From: Bacteroidales bacterium
GTDB taxonomy: Bacteria > Bacteroidota > Bacteroidia > Bacteroidales > VadinHA17
NCBI GenBank assembly: GCA_027451265.1
Contig: DAIDJT010000002.1
Location: 1 to 36,240, forward strand
Direction: 5' to 3'
DNA: 36,240 bases
The notes below the pieces were generated by a model. It saw only the letters and a program-made list of their open reading frames with translations. It was not told the origin of the DNA and did not search any database. Made by a program: the position numbers and the translations under genes. Below, piece by piece: positions 24,767 to 34,009 of the stretch. Numbering within the stretch: the first letter of the stretch is position 1; every line of letters begins with the position of its first letter.

Positions 24767-27631
24767 TCAATGTGCCTCCAGCCAGTTATATCCCGTCCCG
24801 GTATCCACCTCCAGCGGAACATTCAGAGGGGCAGCACCTGTCATCTCCTCCCTTACCAGGGCGGCAAGTTTTTCCACCTGGCTTTTTTCCACCTCAAAGA
24901 TAAGTTCGTCATGCACCTGGAGGATCATTGTTGCCCCGGGCATCTCGCGTTCAAGCCTCGAAGCTATTCTGACCATTGCAATCTTGATTATGTCAGCAGC
25001 GCTGCCCTGGATAGGGGCGTTGATAGCGTTTCGCTCGGCATTGCCACGAACAACCTGGTTCCTGGAGTGAATATCAGGCAGATAGCGCCTCCGCCCATAC
25101 ATGGTTGTGACATATCCAAGCTCCCTGGCTCTGCGTATGCTCTCGTCCATGTATGCCTTGACCCCGGGGTATGAGCTGAAGTAACCGTCTATCAGCTCCT
25201 TCGCTTCCTTGCGGCCGATTGTCAGCCTCTCTGAAAGACCGAATGCAGAGATGCCGTAGATTATCCCGAAGTTGGCCGTCTTGGCCCTTGCCCTCATCTC
25301 ACGGGTAACACCGGAAAGGGGCACGCCAAAGATCTTCGAGGCGGTGGCTGAGTGTATATCCTGCCCGGAAAGGAAGTCTGATATCATGGCAGCGTCACCG
25401 CTGAGGTGAGCCATCAGCCTCAGTTCAATCTGAGAGTAGTCAGCGCTGAGGAAGATCTTCCCTTTTGCGGGAATGAAGGCCTTGCGTATCTCCCGGCCCT
25501 CTGCATCGCGTACAGGTATATTCTGAAGATTCGGGTTGGTGGAGCTGAGCCTGCCTGTTGAGGCAACTGCCTGGTTATATGTGGTGTGAATCCTTCCGGT
25601 CACCGGGTCAACAAGCTGAGGCAATGCCTCGACGTAAGTGGAGAGCAGCTTCTTAAGGCCACGGTATTCCAGTACTTTTTCAATGATAGGGTGCCTGCCT
25701 GAAAGACGCTGGAGCACCTCCTCATCCGTGCGGTACTGTTTTGTCTTCGTCAGCCTGGCATTGTCGTCAAGGCGAAGCCTGACAAACAGCAGGTCTCCCA
25801 GCTGCTTCGGAGATGATATGTTGAACTCATGGCCGGCCAGAGTGTATATCTCCTGTTCCAGCCTGATGATTGCTTCTCTGAGGGTGACGGCATAGCTTTT
25901 AAGCACACTCTCATCCAAAAGCACTCCGCTACGCTCCATGGCAGCCAGCACCCTTATAAGGGGCATTTCTATTTCCATGGCAAGCCTGTCAAGCTCCTGC
26001 TTCCGGAGCATCGGCTCAAAGAGCTTCATCAGCTGCCACGTCACGTCAGTATCTTCAACAGAATACTCCTTTACCCTTTCCCGGTCAACTTCCCCCATGG
26101 TCTTCTGCCTGGGACCGCGCTCACCTATAAGCTCCTCGATATGAACCGGTTCATAACTCAGGTACTGTGATGACAACAGGTCCATATTATGGCGCATGTC
26201 AGGCTCGAGGAGGTAATGGGCAACCATTGTGTCGAAAAGAGGGCCCCTGACGCTGATGCCATAACCTGAAAGCACCTGGATATCAAACTTCAGGTTCTGC
26301 CCGGTCTTCCTGATCTTCTCATTCTCAAATACCGGTCTGAGGGGGGCCAGCAGTTTCAAAGCCACGTCTTTATCCGGCGGAAGCCAGAGCATGGTGCCTG
26401 TGCCCTTCTCCCATGAAAAAGCAATAGAAACGAGCTGTGCATTGAGGGGATCAAGTGAATTTGTCTCGGTATCAAAACAGAAATCACTGAGGCGCAACAG
26501 CTTGTCTGCAAGCCTGGCCGACTCCTGCTCTGTTTCTATCAGACTGTAGCTGTGCGGGGTGTTGCTGATGTTTGCTGTTGCCGTAGCTGCCGGAGCAGCC
26601 GTCTCTCCGAACAATACTCCCTGTGATCCGCCCGCAGGCGGCATGACGGGGGCGGGTCGCTCTGCCGAAGCAGCCGCAGCACCGGATTGCTGTGACAGGA
26701 GGTCTGGCGTTGCAGGTTTCTGGCCTCCGGGGGCCGGAAGCCGGGAGGCCATGGTTCTGAATTCCAGCTCTTCATACAGCTTCCGTAAAGCATCAGTATC
26801 GGTATCCTGTCTGTGAAACTCAGCATGCCTGAACTCAACCGGTACATCCTGTTCGATGGTGGCAAGGCGTTTTGAAAGAAGTATCTGTTCGCGGTTTTGC
26901 TCAATTATCTCCTTTTGCCTGCCCTGGAGCGCCGATGTGTTCCCGAGGAGACTCTCCACCGAACCGTGCTCCGAAATGAGCTTGCGGGCCGTTTTAGGGC
27001 CTATTCCGGGGGCGCCCGGAATGTTGTCGGAGGTATCGCCCATCAGACCCAGCAGGTCAGTGATGTGTTCCGGAGGCACGCCATATTCCCTTACAATCTC
27101 TTCCTTCCCCCATATCTCAGCCTCACCGCCGGAGCGTCCCGGCCTGTACATGGCCACCATGTCAGTCACCAGCTGGGCAAAATCCTTGTCAGGAGTCATC
27201 ATGTATGCCCTGTAACCCTGTTCAGCCGCCTTGCGGGCAAGGGTTCCTATAACGTCATCAGCCTCGAAACCCGGCACTTCTATAACCGGTATCCGGTAAG
27301 CTTCAAGAAGCCTCTTGATATACGGAACGGCAATCCTGATATCTTCAGGCGTGGCGTCGCGGTTAGCCTTATAGGCAGGATACATCTCATTCCTGAAGGT
27401 AGGCCCGGGCGGGTCAAACACTACCGCTATATGTGACGGTTTCTGCCTTGTAAGAAGATCCTCCAGGGTCAGCAGGAAGCCGAAGATAGCCGAGGTATTC
27501 ATTCCCTTCGTGGTGACGCGGGGATTTTTTATGAAGGCATAGTATGACCTGAAGATCAACGCGTACGCATCGAGCAGGAACAGCCTTCTGTCGTTTTCTG
27601 TCTCTTTCACCTGTTGTCGGATGCATGCCAC
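24767..27631 (-). CDS. polA: DNA polymerase I
   Basis: 5' nuclease domain (LFLLDAYALIFRSYYAF, GIGPKTA). 3'-5' exonuclease motifs (FDTETNSLD, NLKFD, YSVEDTD). Polymerase motifs A DYSQIELR, B RARAKTANFGIIYG and C QVHDE. The GTG start at 27631 overlaps queD by 25 nt. GTG 27610 would give a GTGA overlap instead. Confidence 0.95.
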   Translation of the reverse strand: MACIRQQVKETENDRRLFLLDAYALIFRSYYAFIKNPRVTTKGMNTSAIFGFLLTLEDLLTRQKPSHIAVVFDPPGPTFRNEMYPAYKANRDATPEDIRIAVPYIKRLLEAYRIPVIEVPGFEADDVIGTLARKAAEQGYRAYMMTPDKDFAQLVTDMVAMYRPGRSGGEAEIWGKEEIVREYGVPPEHITDLLGLMGDTSDNIPGAPGIGPKTARKLISEHGSVESLLGNTSALQGRQKEIIEQNREQILLSKRLATIEQDVPVEFRHAEFHRQDTDTDALRKLYEELEFRTMASRLPAPGGQKPATPDLLSQQSGAAAASAERPAPVMPPAGGSQGVLFGETAAPAATATANISNTPHSYSLIETEQESARLADKLLRLSDFCFDTETNSLDPLNAQLVSIAFSWEKGTGTMLWLPPDKDVALKLLAPLRPVFENEKIRKTGQNLKFDIQVLSGYGISVRGPLFDTMVAHYLLEPDMRHNMDLLSSQYLSYEPVHIEELIGERGPRQKTMGEVDRERVKEYSVEDTDVTWQLMKLFEPMLRKQELDRLAMEIEMPLIRVLAAMERSGVLLDESVLKSYAVTLREAIIRLEQEIYTLAGHEFNISSPKQLGDLLFVRLRLDDNARLTKTKQYRTDEEVLQRLSGRHPIIEKVLEYRGLKKLLSTYVEALPQLVDPVTGRIHTTYNQAVASTGRLSSTNPNLQNIPVRDAEGREIRKAFIPAKGKIFLSADYSQIELRLMAHLSGDAAMISDFLSGQDIHSATASKIFGVPLSGVTREMRARAKTANFGIIYGISAFGLSERLTIGRKEAKELIDGYFSSYPGVKAYMDESIRRARELGYVTTMYGRRRYLPDIHSRNQVVRGNAERNAINAPIQGSAADIIKIAMVRIASRLEREMPGATMILQVHDELIFEVEKSQVEKLAALVREEMTGAAPLNVPLEVDTGTGYNWLEAH

Positions 27632-28056
27632 TCCGCGCAGGAGGTGGCTGTTTCATATAACCTGATGCTGTGAAGATATGTGCCAGCGGGTATCTTTCCT
27701 CCCAGGGTGGCGGCTATGTCAGCCACCAGGTTCTCACAGGTGGGCTGGCAGGAGGCCACTATTACATTCCCGAAGTGCTGACGATAGGCTTCCACCGTTG
27801 CGGCGGGAGCCAGTCCTGAAACCATCAGGGCATGGTCATACCTGTCAACGACATTTTCGCGGACGATCTTCTTGAGATCCCCGAAATCAATTACCATCCC
27901 GTTACGTGGATGATCAGGGTCATTCAGCGGTTCCCCGGCAAGGGTCACGTATAGTATGTATGAATGACCGTGTACGTTCCGGCACGGACCATCATAGTTC
28001 CACAGGGCATGTGCCATCTCGAACCGGAATTCCTTTGTTACCCGTATCAGGGCCAT
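27607..28056 (-). CDS. queD: 6-carboxy-5,6,7,8-tetrahydropterin synthase (6-pyruvoyl-tetrahydropterin synthase family)
   Basis: FRFEMAHAL, the Cys-His motif CRNVHGHSY, GMVIDFGDLK, DHALMV; 149 aa. Confidence 0.85.
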   Translation of the reverse strand: MALIRVTKEFRFEMAHALWNYDGPCRNVHGHSYILYVTLAGEPLNDPDHPRNGMVIDFGDLKKIVRENVVDRYDHALMVSGLAPAATVEAYRQHFGNVIVASCQPTCENLVADIAATLGGKIPAGTYLHSIRLYETATSCAEWHASDNR

Positions 28057-28078
28057 TAGTGCAAGTGTTTGGTCTACG

Positions 28079-28086
28079 CAAAAATA
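28079..28086 (-). promoter_or_regulatory. candidate -7 promoter element TATTTTTG (minus strand) for queD-polA-moaDE
   Basis: Exact TAnnTTTG with 22 nt before the queD ATG (28056), in the 142-bp divergent spacer. Confidence 0.35.
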
Positions 28087-28169
28087 AACTATTTAGATCG
28101 AATTTTGTTTACCCGCATATTTATGGATGATATTTGCACGTTTAAATGTCTAACATATGAATTTAAAAG

Positions 28170-28177
28170 TATCTTTG
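28170..28177 (+). promoter_or_regulatory. candidate -7 promoter element TATCTTTG for the acyl-CoA ligase gene
   Basis: Exact TAnnTTTG with 21 nt before the ATG at 28199. Confidence 0.35.
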
Positions 28178-28198
28178 CGCCCAATACATTCATAGCCA

Positions 28199-29839
28199 AT
28201 GGATAATAACGAATTGTTGACCATCCCATTTCTTGCCGGGGAGAGCTTCAGAAAGTACGGAAAGAACAAAGCAATGGGATTTGTGGGGGAGGATGTTATT
28301 ACATACCACCAACTCAGGGAAAGAACAAGGTCAGTGATGAGGCTCCTTGAAGATCTCCGGATAACTCCGGGCGACAAGGTGGCCATCCTTAGCAGCAGCA
28401 TGCCCAACTGGGGTGTCACTTACCTGGCAATCACCTCAATGGGGGCTGTTGCAGTACCCATTCTTCCGGATTTTACCCCGGCAGAGATTGCAAACGTACT
28501 GAACCATTCAGAGTCCAGGGCTCTTTTTGTATCCGGAAACCTTGCATACAAGGTGGCCGGACTGAGCCAGGAGTCTCTTGAGACAGTGATTGCAATTGAT
28601 GACTTCAGCATCACATCGGGAAGCCGGGATGCCGGATTCATTGCCGGATCAGAACCTGCGGGAAAGTACAATGTTGCCGAGGAAGACGTGGCAGTGCTGA
28701 TCTATACCTCGGGAACCACCGGAAAGTCAAAAGGGGTAATGCTTACTCACAAAAATATCTGCTTTATGGCAAGGCAGGTCATGACACTTCAGCATGTTGT
28801 TGAGAGTGATGTTTTCCTCTCAATCCTGCCGTTGTCACATTCTTATGAGCAGACTCTCGGTCTTGTCCTTCCGTTATTCAACGGGGCCATGATATGGTAT
28901 CTGCGCAAGGCCCCCACACCATCAGTTCTGCTTCCTGCGCTTCAGATGGTCAGGCCTACGACAATGCTGACCGTGCCGCTGATCATGGAAAAGATTTATT
29001 TCGGCAAGGTGGCCCCGACATTCAATAAGAACAGGCTTGTGGCATTCCTGTATGGCATGCCTTTGTTCCGCCGTCTTCTGAACAGAATAGCCGGAAAGAA
29101 AATATACAAGGCCTTTGGCGGCAACCTCAGATTCTTCGGCGTTGGCGGGGCAAAGCTCAATCCAACGGTTGAACAGTTCCTCCTCGATGCAAAATTCCCC
29201 TATGCCATCGGCTACGGCCTCACAGAAACCTCGCCGCTGCTTGCAGGCACAAAGGTTGGTTCATGCAGGCTCGGCTCAACAGGCCCGGCAATGCAGGGCG
29301 TTACGCTTAAGATAAATAATCCCGATCCCGTCACCGGCGAAGGTGAAATCTGGGCAAGGGGCGAAAACGTGATGAAAGGCTATTTCCGCGAACCGGCATT
29401 GACCGCAGATGTGCTGACACCTGACGGATGGTTCAGGACAGGCGACCTGGGAGTAATTGGCAAAAACGGCTACCTGAGTATCAGGGGAAGGCTTAAAAAC
29501 ATGATCGTCGGTTCCAGCGGAGAAAACATATACCCCGAGGAAATCGAATCAGTCATCAATGACTTCGGCCATGTGATTGAATCACTTGTGGTTCAGAAAA
29601 AAGGGAAGCTCGTGGCGATGGTTCACCTGAACCTCGAGGAGCTGCAGGCAAAATATGCCCAGATGAAGAAGGATTTTACAGACCAGGCCGAGCTGATCAT
29701 CAATGAATATCTTGAAGAGCTGCAAAGGTATGTAAATTCACGGGTGAACAGGTATAGCCAGCTGCAACTGGTTGTTTACCAGCCGGAGCCGTTCCAGAAG
29801 ACCGCCACCCTCAAGATAAAGAGATTTTTGTACTGCTGA
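28199..29839 (+). CDS. AMP-dependent synthetase/ligase (long-chain fatty-acid-CoA ligase-like)
   Basis: AMP-binding signature IYTSGTTGKSKGVMLTHKN, GYGLTETSP, TGDLG and a C-terminal KIKR motif; 546 aa. Confidence 0.85.
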   Translation: MDNNELLTIPFLAGESFRKYGKNKAMGFVGEDVITYHQLRERTRSVMRLLEDLRITPGDKVAILSSSMPNWGVTYLAITSMGAVAVPILPDFTPAEIANVLNHSESRALFVSGNLAYKVAGLSQESLETVIAIDDFSITSGSRDAGFIAGSEPAGKYNVAEEDVAVLIYTSGTTGKSKGVMLTHKNICFMARQVMTLQHVVESDVFLSILPLSHSYEQTLGLVLPLFNGAMIWYLRKAPTPSVLLPALQMVRPTTMLTVPLIMEKIYFGKVAPTFNKNRLVAFLYGMPLFRRLLNRIAGKKIYKAFGGNLRFFGVGGAKLNPTVEQFLLDAKFPYAIGYGLTETSPLLAGTKVGSCRLGSTGPAMQGVTLKINNPDPVTGEGEIWARGENVMKGYFREPALTADVLTPDGWFRTGDLGVIGKNGYLSIRGRLKNMIVGSSGENIYPEEIESVINDFGHVIESLVVQKKGKLVAMVHLNLEELQAKYAQMKKDFTDQAELIINEYLEELQRYVNSRVNRYSQLQLVVYQPEPFQKTATLKIKRFLYC

Positions 29840-29934
29840 TATCCTGCACATGGCGCTCCCCTGATGTCTGCACGGTCCGCTGCCCATGTGTCAGTTATTG
29901 ATTTTTTGTTAATTTGCGGCCAAAACCGATACTG

Positions 29935-30546
29935 ATGTCTAACCGTAGCAAGGCGCTTCTTCTGATATTTTCAATCCTGGTTATCGACCAGATTGTCAAG
30001 ATCATTGTGAAAACAAACATGGTTGTCGGGGAGGAGATACCTGTCTTCGGCAACTGGTTCCGTATACATTTCCTCGAGAACAACGGCATGGCTTTCGGCA
30101 TGGAATGGGGCGGAAAAACGGGTAAGATTGCTCTTTCAGTTTTCAGGATGATAGCAATAGCGGGGATATCCTGGTATCTTAATGACATTATCAAAAAGAA
30201 TGCGCACACCGGGTTGATCCTTTCGGTAAGCGCCATCATAGCCGGAGCAGCCGGAAACCTTATTGACAGTGCCTTTTACGGAATGATCTTCAGCGAGAGC
30301 TGGCACACTGCCGCCGTAATGTTTCCCGAGGGTGGTGGATATTCATCTTTTCTCCACGGCAGGGTGGTTGACATGCTCTATTTTCCGATAATTGATACCC
30401 ACTGGCCTGACTGGTCACCCTTCAGGCCGGGACAGTCATTGATTTTCTTCAGACCTGTATTTAACCTGGCCGACACATCAATCACCACCGGGGTTCTGGC
30501 AATCCTCGTCTTTCAGAAGAGATTCCTTGAATCTAAGAAATCATAA
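29935..30546 (+). CDS. lspA: lipoprotein signal peptidase (signal peptidase II)
   Basis: Four TM helices with ENNGMAFG, AGNLIDS and VFNLADTSI motifs. ATG 29935 is preferred over the upstream TTG 29914. Confidence 0.85.
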   Translation: MSNRSKALLLIFSILVIDQIVKIIVKTNMVVGEEIPVFGNWFRIHFLENNGMAFGMEWGGKTGKIALSVFRMIAIAGISWYLNDIIKKNAHTGLILSVSAIIAGAAGNLIDSAFYGMIFSESWHTAAVMFPEGGGYSSFLHGRVVDMLYFPIIDTHWPDWSPFRPGQSLIFFRPVFNLADTSITTGVLAILVFQKRFLESKKS

Positions 30547-30583
30547 GGATATTTTCATTCTTGTGATTATCAAACATCTCACC

Positions 30584-30618
30584 CGGAACAATTTGTTCCG
30601 CATTTTGTCTTATTTTTG
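30584..30618 (+). terminator. rho-independent terminator after lspA
   Basis: CGGAACA att TGTTCCG gives a 7-bp stem and 3-nt loop. It is followed by CATTTTGTCTTATTTTTG. Confidence 0.55.
30611..30618 (+). promoter_or_regulatory. candidate -7 promoter element TATTTTTG for the polyprenyl synthase gene
   Basis: Exact TAnnTTTG with 22 nt before the ATG at 30641. It overlaps the T-tract of the lspA terminator. Confidence 0.3.
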
Positions 30619-30640
30619 GTAATAATACCGTAAGCAGAGG

Positions 30641-31615
30641 ATGGCAGGCCTTTCAGACATCAAGAGACCGGTGGCGGCAGAGATGCGTGAGTTTGAATCA
30701 TACTTCAGACACACACTCCAGAGTGACATCCCGTTCTTCCATGTCATTCTTGACAATTTCCTTCGCCGCAAAGGCAAACAGATGAGACCATTGCTGGTTT
30801 TTCTTACGGCCAGGCTGAACGGAACCATCAATGAAACCACCTATATTGCTGCCACATTCATAGAGTTGCTTCATACGGCCACCCTGGTTCATGACGATGT
30901 TGTTGACGATGCCTCGGAACGGCGCGGGTTGCCTTCAATAAATGTACTTTACAATTCAAAGATTGCCGTGCTGGTGGGTGACTATCTCCTGGCCCAGGGG
31001 CTGCTCATCAGCGTTGAAAAACAGAGGTTCAACATGCTGGGCATTGTTTCAGACGCGGTGAGGGAGATAGTTAAGGGTGAACTGATTCAGCTTCAGAAGA
31101 CTCGCAAGCTCGATATCAGGGAGGAAGATTATTTCCGCATCATCCGTATGAAGACCGCAGCCCTTATTTCAGCCTGCACAGCCTGCGGTGCCAGCTCCGT
31201 CACCGATGACCAGAAAATCATTGCACTCATGAAGGAGCTGGGTGAAAATATCGGTATTGCCTTCCAGATAAAGGATGACCTGCTCGATTATTCCGGGGAA
31301 GGGCTGACGGGAAAACGGGAAGGCAATGATATCAAGGAAAAAAAGATTACACTGCCGCTGATACATGCCCTTCGTGAAGCCGGACCCATTGAACGCCGCC
31401 ATGTACTCAGGCTGCTGAGAAAAAAGAAAAAAAGCAGTAAGGATATCAGGGAGGTGATTGAGTTCGTCAAAAAGCACCGGGGCCTTGAATATGCGGAATC
31501 TGTCATGCAGGGGTACTCTGACCGTGCTATCCGTATTCTTGAAGAATACCCTGACTCCGAAACAAAATCAGCTTTGATTGAATTCGTTATATTTTCAACA
31601 TTGAGAAGGAAATGA
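30641..31615 (+). CDS. ispB: polyprenyl diphosphate synthase (octaprenyl/long-chain type)
   Basis: First Asp-rich motif LVHDDVVDD, second FQIKDDLLD, GKR.GNDI..K.T.P; 324 aa. Confidence 0.85.
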   Translation: MAGLSDIKRPVAAEMREFESYFRHTLQSDIPFFHVILDNFLRRKGKQMRPLLVFLTARLNGTINETTYIAATFIELLHTATLVHDDVVDDASERRGLPSINVLYNSKIAVLVGDYLLAQGLLISVEKQRFNMLGIVSDAVREIVKGELIQLQKTRKLDIREEDYFRIIRMKTAALISACTACGASSVTDDQKIIALMKELGENIGIAFQIKDDLLDYSGEGLTGKREGNDIKEKKITLPLIHALREAGPIERRHVLRLLRKKKKSSKDIREVIEFVKKHRGLEYAESVMQGYSDRAIRILEEYPDSETKSALIEFVIFSTLRRK

Positions 31616-32052
31616 AAGATGTAAACCGCTTTCTCTCGCTTGGCTCATATGCAATAGCCGGAGTCTCGAGGGATCCGAAAAAATTCGGGCAGGCTATGTT
31701 TCGCGACCTGCGCAAAAAGGGGATGGACGTGGTACCAGTCAATCCCGCAGCCGAAACCATTGACGGGATAAAATGCTACAGGACGGTCAGTGAACTTCCT
31801 GCCAGTGTCAGGGGATTAATTTTCATGACACCTAAGGAGGAGACTCTTTCCGTCGCGAAGGAGGCGATCACACACGGCATTAAAGATCTCTGGATTCAGC
31901 AGGGGGCAGAATCAAAGGAGACAATCGCTGCCCTGGAAAAGGAAGATGTAAATCTCATCCATCATCAGTGCATAATGATGTTCTGGAAAGCTGACGGCAT
32001 CCATTCCTTTCACCGTTTTCTGAAGAAAATATTCGGGGGGCTGCCCTCCTGA
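31612..32052 (+). CDS. CoA-binding domain protein (YccU-like)
   Basis: ~145 aa with YAIAGVSRDPKKFG and VVPVNP, a Rossmann-like CoA_binding_2 pattern. The ATG overlaps the ispB stop (ATGA). Confidence 0.65.
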   Translation: MKDVNRFLSLGSYAIAGVSRDPKKFGQAMFRDLRKKGMDVVPVNPAAETIDGIKCYRTVSELPASVRGLIFMTPKEETLSVAKEAITHGIKDLWIQQGAESKETIAALEKEDVNLIHHQCIMMFWKADGIHSFHRFLKKIFGGLPS

Positions 32053-32146
32053 CGGGAAATTTTCAATTCTCGCGAAGTTTACAATGCAGGTAACATGACA
32101 TTACGTGCTGAATGTCTGTGTCTTATGGTTACAGGAGAATAAAATT

Positions 32147-32159
32147 GTTCCACGTGGAA
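32147..32159. repeat. GTTCCACGTGGAA palindromic element, copy A, 4 nt past the uvrC stop
   Basis: 12-bp perfect palindrome TTCCACGTGGAA. The 13-nt core and its flanks match the element at 35673..35690. Confidence 0.5.
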
Positions 32160-32163
32160 AAAA

Positions 32164-33957
32164 TCAATTTTTGAGGGCTGCGGTCAGAATTGCAGCTTTT
32201 TTCAGCCCGATAACCTTTTCCAGGTCTTCCCGTGATGCTTCAGAGATTTTTTTTACCGAGCCGAATTTTTTAAGGAGCTGCTCTTTTGTCTTCTCTCCTA
32301 TCCCGGAAATTTCATCGAGCAAAGACCGGTTCATGACTGAACTCCTTTTGCCCCGGTGGAACCCTATGCCGAACCGGTGGGCTTCGTTCCGGAGGTGCTG
32401 TATTATTTTCAGCGTGATACTGTGTCTGTCAAGATAAAGCGGAACAGAATCGCCCGGGAAATATATCTCCTCAAGTTTCTTGGCAATTCCTATAACCGTC
32501 AGACGGCCCCTTATGCCAAGTGCCTCAAGACTCCTGAGGGCAGAAGTAAGCTGTCCTTTGCCTCCGTCAATTACAATAAGCTGAGGAAGGGGCTTCTGCT
32601 CGTCGAGCATCCTCCTGTAGCGGCGGTGGATGACTTCTTCCATTGAGGCAAAATCATCCGGACCGGTCACTGTTTTTATGTTGAAATGACGGTATTCGCT
32701 GTTGCTGGGCCTGCCGTTACGAAAGACAACACAAGCTGCAACGGCCGATTCTCCCTGTATGTTTGAGTTGTCAAAACACTCAATATGTACCGGCAAGACC
32801 GGCATGTGAAGATCCTTTTTCATCTTCTCAAGGTTCCTTTCGGTCCTGTTTTCCTTTGACTTTTCAGCTGCTTTCTTCTGCCTTTCGAGCTTGAAAAAGA
32901 CTGCGTTACGGTTGGCAAGCTCAAGCAGTTTATTTCTGTCGCCTCGCCGGGGAACTGTGTACTTGATTTTATCAAGCTGAATATCAGGCATGAACGGAAC
33001 AATTATCTCCGGAGAGTCACTTGACACCCTTTGTCTTATTTCTGTCACCGCAGTTGAAAGGAGCGACTCCTTCTCCTCTTCCATCCTCATTTTCAGTTCA
33101 ACAGACCATGACTGAACGATTGCGCCGGAAACCACCTTCATGTAACTGACGTACATGGATCCTTCTTCTGCGGAATAACCAAACACATCGACATTTTTTA
33201 CGGAAGTATTGACAACCACTGACTTGCTGCGGTACTTCGACAGCAGCTCCAGCTTCTCCTTTATTTTCTGGGCTTCCTCGAACTTCAGTTCAGAGGCCAG
33301 TTTACGCATTGTTGATTCAAGGTATGCCGTTACACCGGTCAGGTCTCCTTTTATGATTTCCTTAATCCTTTCTGCCTGCAGGTTATATTCCTCTTCACTG
33401 ATCAGGCCAATACACGGGGCTTTGCAATTCCCCATATGATATTCAAGGCAAACCTTGAATTTGCCCTCTGAAATTGACCTGGAGTTGAGAGGCAAAGAGC
33501 AGGTGCGTATCTGGAAGAGGTGGCGTATAAGCTCAAGCAGGGTTCTGACTGCAGGGATTGATGTATATGGACCGAAATAAGCGGAGCCGTCGGCAATGAT
33601 TTTGCGGGTCATGAAGACCCGCGGAAAGTGCTCATTTTTAACACATATCCATGGATATGTCTTGTCATCCTTAAGCAAAATGTTGTACCTGGGCTGGTGT
33701 TTCTTGATCAGGCTGTTCTCGAGAAGAAGCGCTTCCGATTCATTATCCACCACAATATGGCGCAGTTCCTCCGCCCGTGAGAGCATGGCGCGTGTTTTGC
33801 CTGACTGATTTTTGGAGAAGTATGAAGCCACCCTCTTCCTCAGGCTGCGGGCTTTTCCAACGTACAGAATGGTTCCTGAGGCATCAATGAACTGGTATAC
33901 TCCCGGTTTATCAGGAAGCACTGATACTGTTGCTCTTATAGAATCTCCTGCTGTCAT
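32164..33957 (-). CDS. uvrC: excinuclease ABC subunit C
   Basis: GIY-YIG domain (GVYQFIDASGTILYVGKA...LRKRV), UVR domain, the Endo V-like region and a C-terminal (HhH)2 (ISGIGEKTKEQLLKKFGS); 597 aa. Confidence 0.95.
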   Translation of the reverse strand: MTAGDSIRATVSVLPDKPGVYQFIDASGTILYVGKARSLRKRVASYFSKNQSGKTRAMLSRAEELRHIVVDNESEALLLENSLIKKHQPRYNILLKDDKTYPWICVKNEHFPRVFMTRKIIADGSAYFGPYTSIPAVRTLLELIRHLFQIRTCSLPLNSRSISEGKFKVCLEYHMGNCKAPCIGLISEEEYNLQAERIKEIIKGDLTGVTAYLESTMRKLASELKFEEAQKIKEKLELLSKYRSKSVVVNTSVKNVDVFGYSAEEGSMYVSYMKVVSGAIVQSWSVELKMRMEEEKESLLSTAVTEIRQRVSSDSPEIIVPFMPDIQLDKIKYTVPRRGDRNKLLELANRNAVFFKLERQKKAAEKSKENRTERNLEKMKKDLHMPVLPVHIECFDNSNIQGESAVAACVVFRNGRPSNSEYRHFNIKTVTGPDDFASMEEVIHRRYRRMLDEQKPLPQLIVIDGGKGQLTSALRSLEALGIRGRLTVIGIAKKLEEIYFPGDSVPLYLDRHSITLKIIQHLRNEAHRFGIGFHRGKRSSVMNRSLLDEISGIGEKTKEQLLKKFGSVKKISEASREDLEKVIGLKKAAILTAALKN

Positions 33958-34009
33958 GTGCCTGATTATCTGACAACTAACAGTTTAATAACGCCAATAG
34001 AGGGCGACA

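Noticed and set aside
26539-27436. ORFs of 121 aa (minus strand, alternative frame) and 179 aa (plus strand) within polA
   Set aside because: They lie in the low-complexity Ala/Pro linker and the 5' nuclease region of polA. The sequences are Arg/Pro/Ser-rich frame artefacts with no start context.
28057-28198. Possible preQ1 riboswitch upstream of queD
   Set aside because: Only ~22 nt separate the candidate promoter element from the ATG. I could not find the conserved preQ1 aptamer stem and A-rich tail in the minus-strand reading of the spacer.
31420-31433. A6-G-A7 tract inside the polyprenyl synthase gene as a slippage or phase-variation site
   Set aside because: It encodes an in-frame KKKK segment in a surface loop of an essential-type enzyme. 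There is no evidence of length heterogeneity and it is not near the 5' end.
32105-32437. 110-aa plus-strand ORF spanning the convergent gap and the uvrC 3' end
   Set aside because: It is mostly antisense to the uvrC (HhH)2 region and has no motifs. Its apparent start lies in a spacer with no promoter-like element.
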